Shown here piece by piece: positions 30,768 through 40,400 of a DNA stretch of 64,000 nucleotides. The stretch comes from Clostridia bacterium. Lineage in GTDB: Bacteria > Bacillota > Clostridia > UMGS1883. The DNA lies in NCBI GenBank assembly GCA_051866635.1, contig JBJDXJ010000049.1, positions 1 to 64,000 of the forward strand. Reading direction: 5' to 3'. Numbering within the stretch: the first letter of the stretch is position 1; each line of letters opens with the position of its first letter. The translations under genes and the position numbers were made by a program. The notes under the pieces were generated by a model. The model was not told where the DNA came from. It was given only the letters and a program-made list of their open reading frames with translations, and did not search any database.

Positions 30768-31478
30768 TCAAGAAACGGAAATAAAACTCATAGGGTCCAC
30801 ATAGTCGGAATAGTGAAGAAGTTCAAAATGCAAATGGTCTGACAACACACCTTCGGCGGCACCGCTTTGTCCAACCCCTGAAATGGCTTCCCCACGGTGT
30901 ACAAAGTCACCTTCCTTAACCATTATAAGGGTTGACAGATTTTTGTACACACTTGTGTATTCCCCATGGCTGATTTCAATTACATTGCCCCACAGTGGGT
31001 CTGTGTAGCAGGCTGTTACAGTGCCGTCTTCGCATGAAAGAACACGTGCTGTTGCTTCCGCTTTAATGTCGATGCCCGTATGTGCCCGCCAGTCATGTGT
31101 GCTTTCATTATATATATGTGTGAGGGAAAAGTTTTCTATAATCTCCCCTTCCACGGGAAGCATGGGCGAAAAGCCTCTAAGTGCCTCTGTTGGTGCTTCT
31201 GTTATTTTCTCTGTGGGTTCCTCTTTTTCTGTTATGGGTGCCTCTGAGGGCGTTTCTTGGTGTTTGACATTTTCAGCCTTTTCCATTACATTTATGGCTG
31301 TTTGAGTAGGCTCCTCAATAGCTTGTTCCCGTATATTAACAGGGGGAGTATAAGGTAAATCCTCCTTTTGGCTGTTTGTGTCGGTTATGGCATTTCGTAT
31401 TAAAAACGTGCCGTATAAAATTACAGTGCATATTGAAAGTAATGCGTAAATCATATGCGGTTTTTTATTCATGTGCAA
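30768..31478 (-). CDS. M23 peptidase family protein (SpoIIQ-like)
   Basis: N-terminal TM, HTGID and HLHFE; directly downstream of spoIID. Confidence 0.8.
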   Translation of the reverse strand: MHMNKKPHMIYALLSICTVILYGTFLIRNAITDTNSQKEDLPYTPPVNIREQAIEEPTQTAINVMEKAENVKHQETPSEAPITEKEEPTEKITEAPTEALRGFSPMLPVEGEIIENFSLTHIYNESTHDWRAHTGIDIKAEATARVLSCEDGTVTACYTDPLWGNVIEISHGEYTSVYKNLSTLIMVKEGDFVHRGEAISGVGQSGAAEGVLSDHLHFELLHYSDYVDPMSFISVS

Positions 31479-31515
31479 TCCTCCTTTTTAGTAAGGATTG
31501 CCTGATATTTATTTT

Positions 31516-32457
31516 TTATTCAATAAGGGTTGTACCTTGGTAGTAGTGGGACAGAATTTCCTTGTAATTTTTTCCCTCTTTTGCCATGGCATTGGCACCG
31601 TACTGGCTCATGCCAACACCGTGACCGTAGCCTGTTACGGTAAAAATTACGTTGGGTTCGGAAAAAGAAATGTCAAATTTTGTGCTTCTTAAGTCAAACA
31701 TTGAACGTATTTTTGTTCCCGTAACGGAAACGCCGCCTATTATCATGCTTTTTACATGACCGCCCTGTGTTAAAACAGGCTCCGATATGTCGGAAAAGGA
31801 GGAAATTACACTTGTTGGATAATTTGACAAAATTGTGTTTTTAAATTCCTCAAAGGTCACTGATTTTGTGGAGTAGTAATTTGTTCCCTCTTCTTCCCCC
31901 GGACTTTCAACGCTTACAAGGTACGGAACATCGCCGCCCCATACATCGGCGGAATTTTCTGTCCGTCCTCCGCCCATGGAGTGGAAAACAGCCATAATAG
32001 GCTCGTCATTATATGTAAGATGCTCGCCCGTTGTTTCCTTTACGGCAGTTGTTATTCTTTCAAGGTAAAAATCGTAATCTGCTCCCCAGTTTGCCATCAT
32101 ATCTTCTTTCGTGAAATATGCCTGACAGTGGTTCGGGTCTGTACATACATCCTGCACATGGTCTGTTGATTGCGACTTGTAAATAGTATATGTCCGTGCG
32201 GCAACTGCCTGTGCCTTCAATGCCTCAATTTCAAAGGAGGCAGGCATCTCCGCCGCCACAACGCCTGTTAAGTATTCATCTTCGTCCATAATGCTGTCCG
32301 TTTGTGTTATATGGTTAAAAACGCTGACAGTTTTCTCGGAAACTGCCTCCTCCCCCACGCTTGTGGGCGGTTTGGGCGACATGAAAAGTGAAATAACAAA
32401 GGGCAGTAAAGTAGCCGATATAACATAGTATAAGGGTAACAGTATAATTTTTTTCAT
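31516..32457 (-). CDS. spoIID: Stage II sporulation protein D
   Basis: GVVAAEMPASFEIEALKAQAVAARTY and GYGHGVGMSQYGA. Confidence 0.95.
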   Translation of the reverse strand: MKKIILLPLYYVISATLLPFVISLFMSPKPPTSVGEEAVSEKTVSVFNHITQTDSIMDEDEYLTGVVAAEMPASFEIEALKAQAVAARTYTIYKSQSTDHVQDVCTDPNHCQAYFTKEDMMANWGADYDFYLERITTAVKETTGEHLTYNDEPIMAVFHSMGGGRTENSADVWGGDVPYLVSVESPGEEEGTNYYSTKSVTFEEFKNTILSNYPTSVISSFSDISEPVLTQGGHVKSMIIGGVSVTGTKIRSMFDLRSTKFDISFSEPNVIFTVTGYGHGVGMSQYGANAMAKEGKNYKEILSHYYQGTTLIE

Positions 32458-32541
32458 TTGGAACACCCCTGCAACATAATAGTAAATTTATATGCATTGA
32501 CCATTTGAAATATTTGTGATAACATAGATTTGGTGATAAGA

Positions 32542-33366
32542 ATGAATACATTTATTTTTTCGGATAAAGACTTTAACTTAAGCCATACCTTTGACTGCGG
32601 CCAGTGCTTTAGGTGGGAGGAGGATGGCGGTAGCTTTGTTGGCGTTGCAGGGGGATACTGGGGCAAATTTACGCCGACAGAAAAGGGGATAGAACTTGTG
32701 ACAACAAGCCCTGACGAAAGCTTTTGGATAAAATACCTTGACATGGAAAGGGACTATTCGGATATAAAAACTCGTGTTGCAATAAACCCCTTGATGGAAG
32801 AAGCCGTTAAATACGGAAGCGGTATACGCATTTTAAAGCAGGAATTTTTTGAAACGCTTATGAGTTTTATTATATCCCAGCGTTCCTCAATCCCCAAAAT
32901 TAAAAGCTGTATCAAAAAAATCTGTGAAAAATGGGGGGATGAGATACATATAGACAGTAATGTGTATTATACTTTTCCTACCCCTGAAAAACTTAAAGAT
33001 GCTACCGAGGAGGATTTCCGTGCCATTGGCGTAGGCTACAGGGCACCTTATCTAACGCGGTGCGTACAGATGGTTTTGACAGGTGAAATTGACGAAAACA
33101 GCCTTTTACAGATGGACACCCCTTCTGCCCGTGAAAAGGTTTTAAGCCTTTACGGTGTAGGTGACAAGGTGTGTGACTGTGTAATGCTCTTTTCCCTTGC
33201 TAAATATGACTTGTTTCCAAGCGATGTGTGGATTAAAAGGGTTATGTGCGAAAGCTTCGGAAGCAGTGACAAAACGGCAAAAGAAGACGGAGAGAGGATA
33301 TTCGGGAACTTAAGCGGTTTTGCACAGCAGTACTTATTTTATTACAGACGGAATATGAAATTCTAA
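32542..33366 (+). CDS. ogg: 8-oxoguanine DNA glycosylase
   Basis: TFDCGQCFRW, GIRILKQE, HhH motif LYGVGDKV and FPSDVW. Confidence 0.9.
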   Translation: MNTFIFSDKDFNLSHTFDCGQCFRWEEDGGSFVGVAGGYWGKFTPTEKGIELVTTSPDESFWIKYLDMERDYSDIKTRVAINPLMEEAVKYGSGIRILKQEFFETLMSFIISQRSSIPKIKSCIKKICEKWGDEIHIDSNVYYTFPTPEKLKDATEEDFRAIGVGYRAPYLTRCVQMVLTGEIDENSLLQMDTPSAREKVLSLYGVGDKVCDCVMLFSLAKYDLFPSDVWIKRVMCESFGSSDKTAKEDGERIFGNLSGFAQQYLFYYRRNMKF

Positions 33367-33409
33367 ATTTGCCTCCTTGTGCATACAAATTGCCAAGGAG
33401 GCGATTTTT

Positions 33410-33583
33410 TTGAACGAAGATTTTGTATATATAATGTATCCGGTAAAGATTGAAAAACTAAAGGAGATGGGACTGCCGTTTTTAACACCGAAGGAGCAAA
33501 AACCTCCTGTGGAAATAGTTGACGAGGAAAATTTTATGCCCCTTTGGTACGGCACGGCACGTTTCCCGGAAGATGATATATGA
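33410..33583 (+). CDS. Small hypothetical protein (57 aa)
   Basis: AAGGAGG RBS + TTG start; own terminator at about 33586-33620. Confidence 0.5.
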   Translation: MNEDFVYIMYPVKIEKLKEMGLPFLTPKEQKPPVEIVDEENFMPLWYGTARFPEDDI

Positions 33584-33707
33584 TAAATCCCTGCTGTATT
33601 TTGTTGCAGCAGGGATTTTTGTTGACAAATCAAAAAATAATGATATAATAATAACGTAAATATAATTAATTTATTGGAAATAATATATCAAGGAAGGAGC
33701 GTTTATT

Positions 33708-34376
33708 TTGACATATATAAAATTTGTATGTGATGCAATCGAAAATATAAATATTGGGAAACCTATTTATACAAAAGATATAGCAAAAAAAATGGCAGAT
33801 AATTATTGCATGCAAGAAAAAGACGCTGCTCTTGCAACATCTGTTGCTTTTAAAAGGATTATAGATACTAATATAGTACCTCAATTAAGATATTATCAAA
33901 AAGGAATTTATTACAAAGTGACCGCTACACCGTTTGGAGAAACAAAAATAAATAAAGAGCAGCTTATAGCAGATAAATATATACTCCCCGATAGGGGCTA
34001 CGAAACAGGTCTTTCACTTATGCATCAAATGGGTTTAACAACGCAAATTCCAAAAGAGAGAACAATAGCAACAAATGCTGCAAAGGATTGTGCAAGAGCC
34101 GATAAAAAGCTTGGGGTGATAATTAAGCCGCCCAAGGTGAAAATTACAAAGAAAAACAAAGATTATTTGCAGATACTTGATGTGTTGGAGCTGATTGATA
34201 AAGCACCTGTTGACGACCGGCAGACATATATAACTATAGCGAATCAAATAGAAAAAAGAAATCTGCAATACGGTGAATTACTTGCCTTTGCAAATAACTA
34301 TTATAATAAAAAGACAATATTAAATCTTGCAAATACAGCAAGTGCCGGAGGTGTGCATAATGAAACTGCATTTTGA
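33708..34376 (+). CDS. AbiEi-like type IV TA antitoxin
   Basis: wHTH-like N-terminus, GIYY and GYETG...GLTTQIP; coupled to the nucleotidyltransferase gene. Confidence 0.75.
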   Translation: MTYIKFVCDAIENINIGKPIYTKDIAKKMADNYCMQEKDAALATSVAFKRIIDTNIVPQLRYYQKGIYYKVTATPFGETKINKEQLIADKYILPDRGYETGLSLMHQMGLTTQIPKERTIATNAAKDCARADKKLGVIIKPPKVKITKKNKDYLQILDVLELIDKAPVDDRQTYITIANQIEKRNLQYGELLAFANNYYNKKTILNLANTASAGGVHNETAF

Positions 34377-35340
34377 CAGAAATGCCTTTGCCGTAATTTT
34401 AAATACAATACATGAAAGAACCGGTTACAGAACAGATGTACTGGAAAAAGATTATTATGTCGTATTGGTGTTAAAGGAACTGTCGGAATTCCAAAAGAAC
34501 GGATTGCCGGCTTATTTCAAGGGCGGAACTGCACTATATAAAGCCCTGAAAACAACAAATAGATTTTCCGAGGACATTGATTTGTCTGTTGACACTCGCA
34601 ATTGCACACGCAGTCAAAATGATAAAAGACTTGAAAAAGCAACAAAAAGGTACACTGTATTACAAAGAGTCTGTGATGAAGGCAGAACCAATCGCTCAGA
34701 AATTATATCTGTATATAAGTACGAGCCTGTGACCGTCTACGATGCTAACGATAGCTTACAGAGGTTTGGCAAATTGAAAATAGAAGCTACTTCCTTTACT
34801 ATAAGCGAGCCCGTTTCTTCGTTGAAAGTATCTGCCATGATATACAATTTGGCAACAGATGAAGAAAAGGAAATACTTGAATCAGTCTATGATGTAAAGC
34901 CTTTTTCAGTGATGACTATTACTCTTGAAAGGATTTTTGTGGATAAATTATTTGCCGCAGAGTCATATATAAGAACCTCGGATAAGGCAAACCGTGCTTT
35001 TGAAGCGGCAAAGCATATTTATGACTTATCGGTTTTGGAGAAACATCCTCAAATTATTTCTTTACTGCAAGACGAGGAACAGTTAGAAAGATTGCTTGAA
35101 ATACGTATTAAAGAAGAACAAAATCGATTGGACGGTGTTCCAAATCTTTTACCGAAAGATTTTATATTTTTTACGAATGCTGAGGGAAATGTCGCTGTCC
35201 GAAAAGCTTATGAAATCATGCAAAGTCAATATGTAATGAGGGATTGTGATAAAATTGATTTTACACTGGCAACAGAAAGCATTAAAAATATTTATAACCG
35301 TTTACTGTTAAATCCTGCATGGAATAAATGCAATATATGA
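34360..35340 (+). CDS. AbiEii/AbiGii nucleotidyltransferase toxin
   Basis: EKDYY, FKGGTAL, RFSEDIDL, DKL and HIYDL. Confidence 0.9.
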   Translation: MKLHFDRNAFAVILNTIHERTGYRTDVLEKDYYVVLVLKELSEFQKNGLPAYFKGGTALYKALKTTNRFSEDIDLSVDTRNCTRSQNDKRLEKATKRYTVLQRVCDEGRTNRSEIISVYKYEPVTVYDANDSLQRFGKLKIEATSFTISEPVSSLKVSAMIYNLATDEEKEILESVYDVKPFSVMTITLERIFVDKLFAAESYIRTSDKANRAFEAAKHIYDLSVLEKHPQIISLLQDEEQLERLLEIRIKEEQNRLDGVPNLLPKDFIFFTNAEGNVAVRKAYEIMQSQYVMRDCDKIDFTLATESIKNIYNRLLLNPAWNKCNI

Positions 35341-35383
35341 AAATAAATGAGGAGTACACCTTACTAATTCAAAGGTGTACTCC

Positions 35384-35466
35384 TTTTTTACGTTATAGGA
35401 AATTCCTCATTTCTTATTCTGTCTGACTTAGCTAAGCTATTGTCAAAAGCGAGGAGACACTTTGTT
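35384..35466 (+). repeat. Deleted copy of a composite repeat (family A palindrome + 30-bp segment)
   Basis: Inverted homolog of 43832-44002; 35437-35466 matches the reverse complement of 43832-43861 at 29/30. Confidence 0.75.
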
Positions 35467-35517
35467 TTTTTAATACTTTACAGCCCATGTGGTAAAATAT
35501 TAAAAAGGAGTGGTTGT

Positions 35518-36387
35518 ATGACTATAAACTGCGGCATAATAGCCGAATTTAAAAATTACCTTATGGAAGAGGAGAAGTCCTTTTCAACAGTGGACAAGTA
35601 TGTCCGAGATGTAAATAAATTTGCACAAAAGATAGGAGATGAAGAAATCACAAAAGCTAAACTTTTAGAATATAAAACAGCTCTGTGCAAAAGCTATGCC
35701 CCCTCCAGCGTCAATGGAGCAATATCATCCCTAAACGCCTTTTTCGATTTTGTGCAATGCCCCAATTTGAAATTAAAGTCTGTAAAAATCCAGCGGAAAA
35801 TATTTATGAGCAAAGAAAAGGAGCTTTCAAAAAAGGAGTACGAAAGGCTTGTCCGCACCGCAAAAGAAAAGAAAAACAAACGCCTCTTTTACCTTATGCA
35901 AACTATATGTTCCACAGGTATACGGGTTTCCGAACTAAGGTTTGTAACGGTGGGGGCTGTTAAATCGGGAGAAGTGCAAATAAACCTGAAAGGCAAAATA
36001 CGCTGTATTTTACTGCCCGGCAGTCTTATAAAAATGTTAAAACAATATATAAAGGAAGAAAAAATTAAAAAAGGCCCCGTTTTTGTAACAAAAAACGGAA
36101 AGCCATTGGATAGGAGCAATATATGGCACGATATGAAAAACCTTTGCACACAGGCAGGGGTGGATAGCAGAAAAGTGTTCCCCCACAATTTAAGGCATCT
36201 GTTTGCCCGTGCCTTTTATTCAATCCAAAAAGACATTGTCCGTCTGGCAGATATTTTAGGTCATTCAAGCATAAATACAACACGCATTTACACCATGGAA
36301 ACAGGCGACATTCACTTAAAACAGATAGAAAAACTGGGGCTTGTTTGTTTTATAGGAAATTATAAAGAAAATAAAAATACCACATAA
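35518..36387 (+). CDS. Tyrosine recombinase / putative invertase
   Basis: Catalytic set intact: TGIRVSE (R), KGK, HNLRH, LGHS and TTRIY; stop codon lies inside the left recombination site. Confidence 0.93.
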   Translation: MTINCGIIAEFKNYLMEEEKSFSTVDKYVRDVNKFAQKIGDEEITKAKLLEYKTALCKSYAPSSVNGAISSLNAFFDFVQCPNLKLKSVKIQRKIFMSKEKELSKKEYERLVRTAKEKKNKRLFYLMQTICSTGIRVSELRFVTVGAVKSGEVQINLKGKIRCILLPGSLIKMLKQYIKEEKIKKGPVFVTKNGKPLDRSNIWHDMKNLCTQAGVDSRKVFPHNLRHLFARAFYSIQKDIVRLADILGHSSINTTRIYTMETGDIHLKQIEKLGLVCFIGNYKENKNTT

Positions 36388-36402
36388 TCTACATTATGTG
36401 GT
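36376..36402 (+). repeat. Left recombination site (IRL)
   Basis: aat-ACCACATAAT-ctac-ATTATGTGGT; exact reverse complement of 36693-36719. Confidence 0.92.
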
Positions 36403-36433
36403 GAACCAAAATTACATATAGCCTTTGAAGTTA

Positions 36434-36462
36434 ATTATAGCAGTTAATTTACCCATTGTCAA
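36434..36462 (-). promoter_or_regulatory. Consensus sigma-A promoter inside the invertible segment (OFF orientation)
   Basis: Minus strand TTGACA-atgggtaaattaactgc(17)-TATAAT. Confidence 0.9.
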
Positions 36463-36488
36463 GAGTTTTTTACTAATTTTGCATATGG

Positions 36489-36521
36489 CAAAAAGACCAA
36501 TGGAAGCATTGGTCCTTTTGT
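36489..36521 (+). terminator. Hairpin/terminator inside the invertible segment
   Basis: gcaaaaagaccaatg-gaag-cattggtccttttgt. Confidence 0.6.
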
Positions 36522-36692
36522 GTTGCGTTTTTTGTGCACTCAATTAAGTTTTATCAGGTAATTGCAACGTTTTTTAAGGTACAGGGACACTCCCGGTCAT
36601 TCATTTGGGGTGCTTTGGTGAAAAATTAGAACAGCACTTGGCTTTGGGTCGGGGGTGTCCCGTGTGGTGGGCTTTAGTGAGACAGCTTTAAT

Positions 36693-36719
36693 ACCACATA
36701 ATGTAGATTATGTGGTATT
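36693..36719 (-). repeat. Right recombination site (IRR)
   Basis: ACCACATAAT-gtag-ATTATGTGGT-att; asymmetric core inverted relative to IRL. Confidence 0.92.
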
Positions 36720-36721
36720 GA

Positions 36722-36771
36722 CCACCTCATCAGCCGCCCTGCGGCGACAGCTTCCCCTCAAGGGGAAGCCT
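36722..36771. repeat. REP-like double-hairpin element
   Basis: cctcatcagccgccctgcggcgacagcttcccctcaaggggaagcc; GC-rich twin hairpins. Confidence 0.55.
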
Positions 36772-36788
36772 GTGAGGCTTTTTTACAG

Positions 36789-36924
36789 ACAATTTCCTCC
36801 AATGAAATTGTACACGCATGGGGAGGAGCGTTTACCACATTAGCTGCTCCCCTTCGACTGCGTGGTTTCGTTGGTATGTTAATATATAAACAGGTACGGA
36901 TTTAACCGTACAAAAAACGCATTT
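36789..36924 (+). ncRNA. Putative structured leader RNA, copy 1
   Basis: Direct repeat of 37143-37284 with nested stems. Confidence 0.55.
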
Positions 36925-37127
36925 CGTGCCATTTTAAAGGGAAAAACAGAAACACGGCACTTTTAAAAAAAAGATGCCGTGTTTTTTCCGACCTTTTTAA
37001 AAAAAAGATGTCGTTTTACTGCCTTGACTTTAAAATTAAATAATAGCAAAATAAAAAATAGCGATAAATATGCTGATGAATACAGATTACACCAATAATT
37101 ATTGTTTCATCCATATGCATATTTTTT

Positions 37128-37284
37128 GCCAACAAAATTACTACAATTTCCTCCAATGAAGTTGTACACGCATGGGGAGGAGCGCTTACCACATTAGCTG
37201 CTCCCCTTTGACCGCGTGTTTTTGTTGGCAGATTAAATTAATATATAAATAGGTACGGATTTAACCGTACTAAAAAAAGCATTT
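37128..37284 (+). ncRNA. Putative structured leader RNA, copy 2 (with outer stem gccaacaaaa/ttttgttggc)
   Basis: Stems acaatttc/gaagttgt, acacgc/gcgtgt, ggggag/ctcccc and gtacgg/ccgtac. Confidence 0.6.
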
Positions 37285-37421
37285 AATTTTTTTATATAAA
37301 TTTAATTTGGAAATGAAAGCGTCACAAATTCCTGAGGTCGACAGGAAAGGCGATTGATTTTCCATTTCTGTGCGGCGTTGCCGCAAATAAAAAATATAAA
37401 AAATAATGGAGGAAATTAGTA

Positions 37422-40400
37422 ATGAAACTTAAAAGATTTTTAGCCATTGTAATTTCCCTTGCAATGGTACTTTCTATTGTGCCGGCGTTTAGCTTAACAG
37501 CAAGCGCGGCGGATATAACAGATGCCGCCCTTCTTGCCTATGCTACAAGCAGCACAACGGCTTTGTTTGACGCCACAAACCCCGCTCCCACCGCGGTAAG
37601 TGATACTGCAATTGCAACCGCTTGGCCCGAATCCGGCTGGTCGGGAACTATTAATAACGGTTACCTTAATGTCAATGCGGGCCCCAGAATTCAGTGCTAC
37701 ATCGGCTCGTATACAAACGGCGGTCAGGCTGCGAACTTTGTAAACTTGGGCTCCGGCTACGGCTCCGGCAACGACTGGGTGCTTCTCAGATTTACTGCCG
37801 AGTACACATGTGCATGGGGCGACCTTGCTCTTTATGATATTGACGGCAATATCCTTACAGCGGTTCGTTACGGTACAGGCGACTCTAACTGCTTTGCTCC
37901 TTCCTGGGGTCATTCAGGTTGGGGTACACCCTACAGCTTTTCTAACTATACACTTTCCGCAGAAGGTGTTGTAGCTAACCTTACAAGCGGTTCTTCTTTG
38001 ATTGATATTCTTCTTCGAAACTACGATCCCGACGGAACAGCTTCAAGCGGCGACGAATACTACACAGCTACATTCTTTGTTAACGGTACATCTGTCTGCG
38101 TAGGTACATACACAGGTCTCGGTAACTTTAACGGCCTTGGCAAAATCGGCATGAGCCGTGGTTCAGGTAATTCTTGGGAGCGTATTTCCATGAAGACTCC
38201 CCTTGTTTATGCAGGCGACTATCCTGCAACTTCTGATGCTTCAACTATTGCGGCAGCTCTTAGCGCTCTTTCTGTTCCTGCTCTTACAAAGGGCGTGGAT
38301 ATAACACTTCCTGCTACGGCAACAGACTCTATGGGTACAACTGTGGACGTTACATGGACATCTTCCAATACAAGTGTTATTTCAAACACAGGTGTTGTAA
38401 CAGCTCCCGCGGCACTTACAGAAGTTACACTTACACCTTCTGCAACATTTGAAGAGGCAACCGTTACAGGCTCAGCAAAAAAAGTAACCGTGTTCCCTGC
38501 ATCTTATGCAAAAGATAGTATGTATGGGTACTATAAAATCGGCGACAAGGTTGATACATCAAGCATCAGCTGGTATCACCGTCAGACAACAGACGGCAGC
38601 GTTGGTGTAGATGGATTGACAACAACTACCGAAAACGGTGTAACATATTACACATTCCCTGCACTGGGAGGTGTTGGCGGTACTAACGCAAGAACATCCA
38701 TAGGTATTACGGCAGGTAACAGCTACCTTGTTCGTTTCTACTATGGCGGTACTGCTTTAGGCAACGGCGCCGGAAACACATACAATAAGGTATATACAAC
38801 AGCCGGTGCTTATAATGATGAAGTAGCTTTAGACTATGTTTCAGGTACAGCAAGTACAGGTATTACAACCACTGCCAATGTATGGACAGAAATACAGACA
38901 GTATTTACAGCTTCCGAAGGCGCAAACTTCCTTACATTTGTATACAGCTGGCTTGATGCAGGATTAAAGATTGCAGATGTTGAGCTTTACAATGTTACCG
39001 ATTTGTCAAAGACTGTTACTTTAAATATCTTAGACGTGGATGGTAACACCGTTAAAACACTTGAGGAGAGGTGTATATCAGGCGGAAGTGTTACATTTGA
39101 GGCACAGAGCTTTGCATCTAACGGTATATTCTACACTACCGAAGAGAAGACATACGAAAATGTAACAGAAGATGCTACATATACAATTTTTGCAACAGCT
39201 GACGCAAGTAAATATGCTTCTGTTGAAAGTTATACATGGAACTACACCACAGGGGCAGATATTTCATCTACGCTTACAAAGGGTAATATCTCCGGTCTTT
39301 CCGACACTCTTATGACAATTAACTGGGGCAACACAAGACAGGGTATTATTAACTTTAATGTTCCCATAACAAGCGGCCAGCAGCTTGCTTCCGCAACGCT
39401 TACCCTTCGTCTCGGTGGTCAGCAGGGTGATTCTGTCGGTTTTGATGTGTATGCAATGCCCAAATCAAAATCACCCAAGGTGGCAGCAGCTCCCGATTCA
39501 GCTGCAGGCGTAAAGGTAGGTTCATACTCCGGCTCATACTCCGGCGAAGCACAGGACGCTGTAATAGAAGTTCCCCTTACATTCTCTGACTATGTTGACA
39601 CCTCCGAAGGCCTTACATTAAGGCTTGCGGCAAATAGCCAGATGGGTGTGTATTGGGGTGCAAACCAGGGCGAAAGAGCACCTTTCCTTTCCAATATTAC
39701 AATGGGCGAAATTACAGCAACAGCCGTTACGGTTAACTGTGTAGACACAAACAGTACGCTTCTTCAGACAGGTACTCAGTATCATACAAGCTTTTACGGA
39801 TATAACAGTGAATTGATTTACCCCGAATTGGAAATCCCCACAATCGACGGTTATATCTTCAAGAGCAAGAGCGTATCCGGCACTACGGTAACGCTTAAAT
39901 ATGCCCAAGATACACAGGACGACTACTTCTTTGACAATATTACAAATATGAACACAAGGTTCATATCTCTTAATATGCTCGGTGCACATAACGCTTTCAC
40001 CAGCGAAATGACAGACAAGTCAGATGCTGCTGCACTTAAGCAGGAAAATTCAATGGGCGGTGCTTACGGCGGTGCATTAGCTCCCAATACGGCGCTCCCC
40101 AGAAGTAAGGCACAGGACAAAGATACGCTTGAAATGCTCCGTGCAGGTGCCCGTTACTTTGATATTCGTGTTTCCCGTTCCGAATCAAACAGCTCATATT
40201 TAGGTGTATCGGCAAAGCATACAAACGGCGTAATGTACACAACACACGCGCTCCTTGGCGGCGAGTTAAGACCCATTCTTTATACAATCGCTCAGTGGGC
40301 AGAAACTCACCCCGGCGAAATTATTGTTCTTGACTTCCAGGAATTTTATGATTACAATTCCGGATATGACGGAAACTCTACGGCACAGTCATGGAGAGAT

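Noticed and set aside
35518-36387. Prophage/ICE integrase or XerC/D with dif site
   Set aside because: No phage or conjugation genes nearby, and the sites are inverted and only about 290 bp apart, which fits an invertase
36655-36843. 62-aa ORF spanning IRR
   Set aside because: It crosses the recombination site and a REP element, would be broken by inversion, and has no RBS
37308-37386. c-di-GMP or other riboswitch just upstream of the large surface gene
   Set aside because: Hairpins are present but I cannot find the GEMM-I or class II consensus; left unassigned
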